A DNA stretch of 31,358 nt, from positions 1-31,358 of the IMG/VR virus record IMGVR_UViG_3300042393_000070. One strand, given 5' to 3'. Within the stretch, counting starts at the first letter, position 1, and each line of letters opens with the position of its first letter. Shown piece by piece: positions 25,875-31,358 of the stretch. The notes under the pieces were generated by a model. It was not told the origin of the DNA, searched no databases, and worked only from the letters and a program-made list of their open reading frames with translations. The translations under genes were made by a program, and so were the position numbers. The DNA comes from a virus. Taxonomy: Duplodnaviria; Caudoviricetes.

Positions 25875-26405
25875 TTAAATTATTAATGTTAATAGAATTG
25901 CTAAATTTAAAACCCATCCTGTAAAGTTTGCATTGTGGTCTGGAAATACATCAGCATTTGAATTAGCAGTATATTCAGGAAATAAATTTTGATTAAAACT
26001 CATATAATCTATAAACCTATTTGTATAAGATTGTGCAGTATCTCTTGCTTTTTCAATTAAAAAATCTATTTCAGACTTTTCAACCGTTGTACTGTTTTCA
26101 GAATTATGCTTAAAGACTCCTTTTTCAGTTATTTTAATGGATGAATAAGGTAAAAACTCTACCATTGTCCACCATACTGCCATCATTTTAATATAATCGC
26201 TTAAAAGCGTTGTATATGGACTTGCTAAATTACCTGCTACAATACCATTATTAATTTTATCGTATAGTTTAGTTCCTAAGTAATTTTGTATGTGTAACTG
26301 TTGTGCTTGAAAAATAAATTGAGTATATGAATCAGCGTCAACATTACCATTTAAATTGGTATATTTAATTAAATCATTTGTTGTTATAAAGAGTGCTTTT
26401 GCCAT
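25875..26405 (-). CDS. Putative head-tail adaptor
   Basis: Directly after portal; AQQLHIQNYLGTKLY, helical 176 aa. Confidence 0.55.
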   Translation of the reverse strand: MAKALFITTNDLIKYTNLNGNVDADSYTQFIFQAQQLHIQNYLGTKLYDKINNGIVAGNLASPYTTLLSDYIKMMAVWWTMVEFLPYSSIKITEKGVFKHNSENSTTVEKSEIDFLIEKARDTAQSYTNRFIDYMSFNQNLFPEYTANSNADVFPDHNANFTGWVLNLAILLTLII

Positions 26406-26407
26406 TT

Positions 26408-28186
26408 TTAAACGTCTTTAGGTAAATTATTATTATTTGGATGAAAACCTTTTAAAGGCATATCATTTGGCATCATTGCTACTTCTTTTGCGTTTCTAAT
26501 TCTATAACCATATTTTTCAGCAGTTGCAACAGATATTGTTTTTGAATTAGGATTATTAACATCAATTTTAACGCCTTCCATATTTACAAAAGTCTTTCTT
26601 AAAAATTTATGGTGACAACGTGGTCCACCTTTATATAAGAAGATATTATAAGGAGTATTATTGTGTTCAAATCCATCATTAACTAATTTAGAATTTACAT
26701 TTTCTAAATCTTCTTTTCTGTAAACTCTACCGTTATTTGATGCAGTCATCATTTTTTGACAAAATTCTCTTTCTGGACTTTGATTACCTGTATAAGAATA
26801 TCTTGTAATAAATTTAAAACTATCTATTGTTTCATCTTGTGAGGATTTAGCATTTGGTCTTGAACTGACACTTGTTGCAAATTTTACAAGTTTTGATAAT
26901 ATACTTTTTTTATTTAGATTGTTAATTTCAGAATCTAATTCTTCTTCTGTTTCATAATCAACTTCTGTTTCATCAATACAAACCCAATTATCAGATAGTA
27001 TTTCTCCTTTAGAAGAAAGAAAATCATCTAATTCTACATTATTATCAGCAGACATTTTAACTCCTGTTTCTTCTTCTTGAGTTTCTGCATTCATTCCTGA
27101 TGTATCTACAAATTCTAAAGGCTGTATTGTTTTAAAATATAACTTTAATGATATATTGTTGATAGCTAAAATAACGTCCAAGGCTTCAATTATTTCTAAT
27201 TGATATGGTTTTATTACTATATTGTCAAATAATAGCGTGGCAGTCTTTATTTCATCCGCATTGTTACCTAATCCACCATCTCCAGTTCTAATTCCTAATA
27301 ACATTGGAGAAGTAACTCTATGTCCTACAATTAGTTTTTCAAAACATTCTTTACTTAAATATTCATAATGTGCAGGAGCATCATTTAAAGGTAAATCTTC
27401 AACAGTTGTTTTAGATTCAGCATTAGCATTAAAAGCTACAATAACTTTTTCTCCTCTTGCACCTGTTAGTTTTCCAAGTACATCACGTTTCATTTTATCC
27501 CTCATTTCTTCAGAAGGAATACCATTATTGAAATTGATTACTTTTGTACCACTAAAACCGTTTTGACAATCATTTATTTGATAATCTGCAATGTTTTCTT
27601 CTAATAAAGCATAAGGTAAAGAACCAGAATAGTCAATAGGACTGTAATAATCAAATCCACTTACATAAGGTTTAATAACATATATTTCAACTTCGTTACC
27701 ATTACCAAATCCAAATGCAGGAATACGTTTAGCTTCTTCAGATGGTTTCTTTTTTGTCCAATCAGGAAAATAATACCAAGCTTCAATTTGTCCTTTATCA
27801 TTGCATTTTTCTGCTCTTAATGTTTGCATTGGAAAGTGTAAAACTTGTTTAACTTGTTTCTTTTCCATTACAATTTGCATTGCAGCCATTCCTAATAACT
27901 TTCTTTCTAAAGCTACTTTCTTTACATCAGAATCTTTAATAAGTGATTTGAATTGAGCATACTCATTTGGTTTACGATTAGAATCTAAAGCATCTAATCC
28001 TTTGCCATAAATCATATTTGTAACACCTGTTATAATAGCACCATTTGTAGCACTATAAAGATACCTATCAATTAAATATTGAAAGTAATTATTATCACTT
28101 CCGTATTCTATATAATTGCTCTTTTTGTTTTCTTGAATTTGAGGACTTGTATAAGCACTTAAATTAACTATTGATATATTACTCAT
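26408..28186 (-). CDS. Portal protein with C-terminal MuF-like/minor head domain
   Basis: N-terminal about 375 aa portal-like (YGSDNNY, GHRVTSPMLLGI, IKPYQ); C-terminal REFC...YKGGPRCHHKF. Confidence 0.75.
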   Translation of the reverse strand: MSNISIVNLSAYTSPQIQENKKSNYIEYGSDNNYFQYLIDRYLYSATNGAIITGVTNMIYGKGLDALDSNRKPNEYAQFKSLIKDSDVKKVALERKLLGMAAMQIVMEKKQVKQVLHFPMQTLRAEKCNDKGQIEAWYYFPDWTKKKPSEEAKRIPAFGFGNGNEVEIYVIKPYVSGFDYYSPIDYSGSLPYALLEENIADYQINDCQNGFSGTKVINFNNGIPSEEMRDKMKRDVLGKLTGARGEKVIVAFNANAESKTTVEDLPLNDAPAHYEYLSKECFEKLIVGHRVTSPMLLGIRTGDGGLGNNADEIKTATLLFDNIVIKPYQLEIIEALDVILAINNISLKLYFKTIQPLEFVDTSGMNAETQEEETGVKMSADNNVELDDFLSSKGEILSDNWVCIDETEVDYETEEELDSEINNLNKKSILSKLVKFATSVSSRPNAKSSQDETIDSFKFITRYSYTGNQSPEREFCQKMMTASNNGRVYRKEDLENVNSKLVNDGFEHNNTPYNIFLYKGGPRCHHKFLRKTFVNMEGVKIDVNNPNSKTISVATAEKYGYRIRNAKEVAMMPNDMPLKGFHPNNNNLPKDV

Positions 28187-28508
28187 AAATTACAAATTCG
28201 TTGTTTGTAGTGTTTGCTACGTATTGATTTTGATTAACTGTATATGTAGATGTTTCTTGATTTGTACAAAAAACTTTATCCTTATAAACTATTTCATTAT
28301 TATTCTTAATTGAAAGATTATAAAATGTATTTTCTTTTAAATTAAAAACTGATGTTGTTGTTAAATAATAATCTGATAAAAAGAAATCAGCAGCAATAGT
28401 TGTTTCACTTCCTGTACTTTCATTTCTTAAAACAATAGTAGTAGCTTTTAATTCTCTTGGAATAAAGCTAAAAGTTTGTGCAGTATTTTGTTCTTTTAAA
28501 ATTATCAT
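28179..28508 (-). CDS. Putative small structural protein (109 aa)
   Basis: Beta-rich; between tail tube and portal; late-promoter motif upstream. Confidence 0.6.
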   Translation of the reverse strand: MIILKEQNTAQTFSFIPRELKATTIVLRNESTGSETTIAADFFLSDYYLTTTSVFNLKENTFYNLSIKNNNEIVYKDKVFCTNQETSTYTVNQNQYVANTTNNEFVIYE

Positions 28509-28554
28509 AATATTTTTTTATAATAATAATTTAAACATAAAATTGTTTTAAAAC

Positions 28555-28587
28555 AAAAAAGGCATACTAATTAAAGTACACCTTTTT
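28555..28587 (-). terminator. Intrinsic terminator after tail tube gene
   Basis: AAAAGGTGTAC-TTTAATTA-GTATGCCTTTT plus T run. Confidence 0.8.
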
Positions 28588-28609
28588 AAAAAAACAAACA
28601 AACAAAATG

Positions 28610-29152
28610 TTATGCTACAGTACCTTCAACAATAGAAGCTAATATTCCTGTAGTTAATGGTCCAGTAACGAAATTAGCAGGTAATTTTTCCATACCTTGA
28701 AATTCCATTTTATAAGATGAAGCATCGCCCATTGCAGCACCTGTAGAAATAGTAGCAGTTACTAAATCCATTCCTTTTGTTAAACCTGCCATAAAATAAT
28801 TGTCATTATTATCCTGTATAATGATTTGAGGTCTTCCGTAACTTAAAAGTTTAAGTTGTTTATGGTCTGCAATAGTTAATTTTTTAATATCTAAAGTTAA
28901 TTTTTGGTCTACAAATGTAGTACCGTTATCTCTTGAACTTGTTACAGTTTGCTCAAAAGTTGAAGTTCCTTTTAATTCATATTTGTAACCAATAGGAGTA
29001 CCACCTAAAGCAGTGATTACATCCTCTTGTCCTGCAGTTGCAGAATATGTTACTGTAGTAGCATCACCCCAATTAATGAAGTAAACTGCTTTTAAACCGC
29101 CAAGACTGTCTTTACATTGAACAGCCCTTCCTAATGATATATCGCAAGGCAT
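28610..29152 (-). CDS. Putative major tail (tube) protein
   Basis: MPCDISLGR..CKDSLGGLKAVYF, SRDNGTTF, GRPQIII; follows capsid and has its own terminator. Confidence 0.65.
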   Translation of the reverse strand: MPCDISLGRAVQCKDSLGGLKAVYFINWGDATTVTYSATAGQEDVITALGGTPIGYKYELKGTSTFEQTVTSSRDNGTTFVDQKLTLDIKKLTIADHKQLKLLSYGRPQIIIQDNNDNYFMAGLTKGMDLVTATISTGAAMGDASSYKMEFQGMEKLPANFVTGPLTTGILASIVEGTVA

Positions 29153-29172
29153 AATTTTATATTTTTAAAGTT

Positions 29173-29204
29173 AAAAAAAAGGGAAGGCATTTTACCTCCC
29201 CTTT
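29173..29204 (-). terminator. Intrinsic terminator after major capsid gene
   Basis: AAAGGGGAGG-TAAAATG-CCTTCCCTTT plus T run. Confidence 0.85.
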
Positions 29205-29225
29205 ATTAATATACGTTACTAATTA

Positions 29226-30191
29226 TTAGTTAGCAGCGTTTGTAATACCATAAGTAGTAATATCAGCAACATTTCCGTATTGAACTGCAGCAGTAAAACG
29301 CATTACAACTCTAACGTTTTGTGAACCATCAACAGGAGACATATCAATCACTTGTACTTCGTTTTGGTCATTCAATAAACCTGTACCAAAATAAAGGTTA
29401 GATTTTTGAGCAGCGATAGCAACAGTTGGAGCTAATCCATTTGCAACAAATATTTTGATACCATCAAAAGAAAGTGAACCGTTGTTATACCATTGTGTTC
29501 CCATTGCGTTTGTACCATTAGCACCTAATCCAGAAGCTCCGAATCCACCTAAAGCTCTAACGTATGCTCTTGCAGTTGCTTGAGATATATAAAGATACAA
29601 ATCTTCTTTTCCGTAAAGTGCAGCAGGAATAGCATCTACTAATTTACCAAGTTCAGCAACAACAGTAGAAGCAGCAGTAATGTTAGTAGAAGTAGCAGCA
29701 ACTTCTTGAGTAGAAGGTAAACCAGCATCAGCAGTTAATAAAGCAGTAAAACCATCAAATTCTCCAGCGTTAGCAGTTACACCTTTCCAAATGTTGTTTT
29801 CAATTTTTTCAGCAACTTTAGCAGCTACGTGAGAAATCAAATAATCAGCAAATGTTGGAGGCAAAGAATCAAAAGCAGAATAACCTTGTTGGATAGCCAT
29901 CCAAGTTTGATGAAAGTCTTTTTTACAAAGTTGTAAGTTTACTTGAAATTCTTCAGGAGTGATAATTTTTTCAGCAATAGTTACAGTAGAAGTAGCACTA
30001 AAATCACAAGTTGCATTGGCAACAATAGCATCAGTGTTGATTCTGTTGATTACTTGCTTAAATTTGATATTAGGCAATACTTCAATACCACCATTTGCAA
30101 TAGTAGAACCAGAAAGTAAAGCAGCAGAAATATATTTTCCTGCAAATTCTCCAGCATAAGTAGGAGAAGTAATTGTTGTTGTAGTAGCCAT
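29226..30191 (-). CDS. Major capsid protein (321 aa)
   Basis: YAGEFAGKYISAALLSG, QVNLQLCKKDF, NLYFGTGLL; high-expression codon bias; after scaffold and before a terminator. Confidence 0.85.
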   Translation of the reverse strand: MATTTTITSPTYAGEFAGKYISAALLSGSTIANGGIEVLPNIKFKQVINRINTDAIVANATCDFSATSTVTIAEKIITPEEFQVNLQLCKKDFHQTWMAIQQGYSAFDSLPPTFADYLISHVAAKVAEKIENNIWKGVTANAGEFDGFTALLTADAGLPSTQEVAATSTNITAASTVVAELGKLVDAIPAALYGKEDLYLYISQATARAYVRALGGFGASGLGANGTNAMGTQWYNNGSLSFDGIKIFVANGLAPTVAIAAQKSNLYFGTGLLNDQNEVQVIDMSPVDGSQNVRVVMRFTAAVQYGNVADITTYGITNAAN

Positions 30192-30198
30192 AATTTAT

Positions 30199-30747
30199 TT
30201 AATTAAAAAGTTTTGCCATAACTATATCTTGTGTAGTCATTTGGCGATTAGTTGATATTTTATTTAATTTTAATTCAGATTTAACTTCAGGTGAATGTGT
30301 TAATGGTTCAACAACAACATCAGAACTTAATTCTTCTTTAACAACTTCTTTTGCTAATTTTAATTCAGCAATTTCAGTACGTAGTTTTTCAATTTCAGAA
30401 AAGAACATTTCTTTAGAAACTGATTCAACAATTCTTTTAGGAGTAGCAGGTGTTGCAGCTTGTGCTTCAACCTCAACTTCTACTTCAGCTTCAGGAGCTT
30501 CTTCTTCTACAATGGCTTCTTTAATTTCAGCAATAACACCTTCAACTGCTACAACTAAAATCATTCCGTCTTCAAGTTCGTATTCTCCAACAGGCATAGG
30601 AATTTTTTCCTCACCGTTTACAATAAAAACATTGTTATCCATTTCAAAAGCATCAGCTTCTATAACAGTAACTCCATCTTTAAGTTTCATTTGAGCGAGT
30701 TTTACATCCATACCCAAAAGAGTTTTGATTTCATTAATTACATTCAT
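30199..30747 (-). CDS. Capsid scaffolding protein
   Basis: Acidic, coiled coil, PVGEYELEDG; directly upstream of capsid gene. Confidence 0.7.
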   Translation of the reverse strand: MNVINEIKTLLGMDVKLAQMKLKDGVTVIEADAFEMDNNVFIVNGEEKIPMPVGEYELEDGMILVVAVEGVIAEIKEAIVEEEAPEAEVEVEVEAQAATPATPKRIVESVSKEMFFSEIEKLRTEIAELKLAKEVVKEELSSDVVVEPLTHSPEVKSELKLNKISTNRQMTTQDIVMAKLFN

Positions 30748-30765
30748 ATTTACTTATTTAAAGTT

Positions 30766-31134
30766 TTATTTTACCCACATTTTTAGTTGTGATACTTCTT
30801 GTTCAACATCTTTAAACGCTTGTGACCAAGCACCTAAATTAGGAATAGGTACATCTAATTCTTCACCCATTTTATCTATTTTAGTATAAATTGGTAAACC
30901 TTCATTATATAAAGAAACTAATTTTTTCATAGACTCATCAGCTTTTACTTTTTGTTCGTCAGTTTGTTTTTTTAATGAACTTAAAGTATTTATAGATTTA
31001 TCTGCATTAATCATTTCAGCTGATATTTTTTTCAAAACAGAAACTAAATCTTGTGTTAATCCAAGTTCAACCTTTTCACTTTTTAATTCTGTTTTTCCAA
31101 ACAAAGCATTGTTTACTAATTTTTCAGTTGTCAT
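30766..31134 (-). CDS. Coiled-coil protein with KTEL/KVEL leader (possible internal head protein)
   Basis: LFGKTELKSEKVELG followed by helical heptads; within head operon. Confidence 0.65.
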   Translation of the reverse strand: MTTEKLVNNALFGKTELKSEKVELGLTQDLVSVLKKISAEMINADKSINTLSSLKKQTDEQKVKADESMKKLVSLYNEGLPIYTKIDKMGEELDVPIPNLGAWSQAFKDVEQEVSQLKMWVK

Positions 31135-31171
31135 ATTATTATTTTTTAAGTATAAATTAATATTATAAAAT

Positions 31172-31358
31172 TTTGTTATAAATTACGTTGTTCTTGTTGA
31201 AATTATATTTCCTGCACCATCTCTAACTACCGCAGTAGAACCTCCAACTAAAGTTCCTATTCCTTGTTCTGATAATTCTCCATTGCAACATTTTTGCGAG
31301 TATTTACCATCTTTGCATAAGCAACCTCTATTACCACCTGTTGGTGAACTTGTTTTTC
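31172..31358. repeat. Right copy of terminal direct repeat
   Basis: Matches 5-191 with 2 mismatches. Confidence 0.95.

Noticed and set aside
25456-25910. Group I intron around the HNH gene
   Set aside because: Under about 60 nt of flanking non-coding DNA, too little for a ribozyme core
28607-28642. Plus-strand ORF after the AAACAAACAAAC tract
   Set aside because: Only 11 codons and antisense to the tail tube gene
606-30694. All plus-strand ORFs in the track (e.g. 606-803, 1164-1457, 23753-24121, 29959-30159)
   Set aside because: They lie antisense within well-supported minus-strand genes and have shadow-like composition
1-31358. Prophage, lysogeny module or stop-codon reassignment
   Set aside because: No integrase, repressor or host genes recognised; genes are full length under the standard code with TAA, TAG and TGA all used as stops

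Overview
The window is an apparently complete, circularly permuted genome (about 31,167 bp unit length) of a very AT-rich tailed dsDNA phage. The first 187 bp recur at the right end with two synonymous differences. The host is probably Bacteroidota (Flavobacterium-like), judged from TAnnTTTG promoters, A-rich leaders without Shine-Dalgarno sites, and recognisable protein families. Nearly all genes are on the minus strand. Read in transcription order around the circle: terminase small and large subunits; a tail chaperone with a -1 frameshift; tail completion, tail tip and tape-measure genes; XkdF-like protease; scaffold; major capsid; tail tube; portal fused to a MuF-like domain; adaptor; NUMOD4-HNH; fibre and receptor-binding proteins; holin(s), GH24 endolysin and a u-spanin; T5orf172 and NinG; then early genes (ERF, SSB, AAA helicase, sigma factor, GIY-YIG, two PD-(D/E)XK nucleases, DNA methyltransferase, DnaA-domain-IV protein and many small ORFs). 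I recognised no integrase, repressor, DNA polymerase, primase, tRNA or CRISPR array. The most interesting signals are non-coding or recoding: 3'-UTR segments antisense to early-gene start regions, a two-class promoter system with an 11-bp-spaced TTAAC box, a dual-coding frameshift gene, a Zn-finger insertion in the methyltransferase, a candidate pseudoknot before ssb, and strong GATC avoidance. All family assignments come from motif recognition by eye, not database searches.
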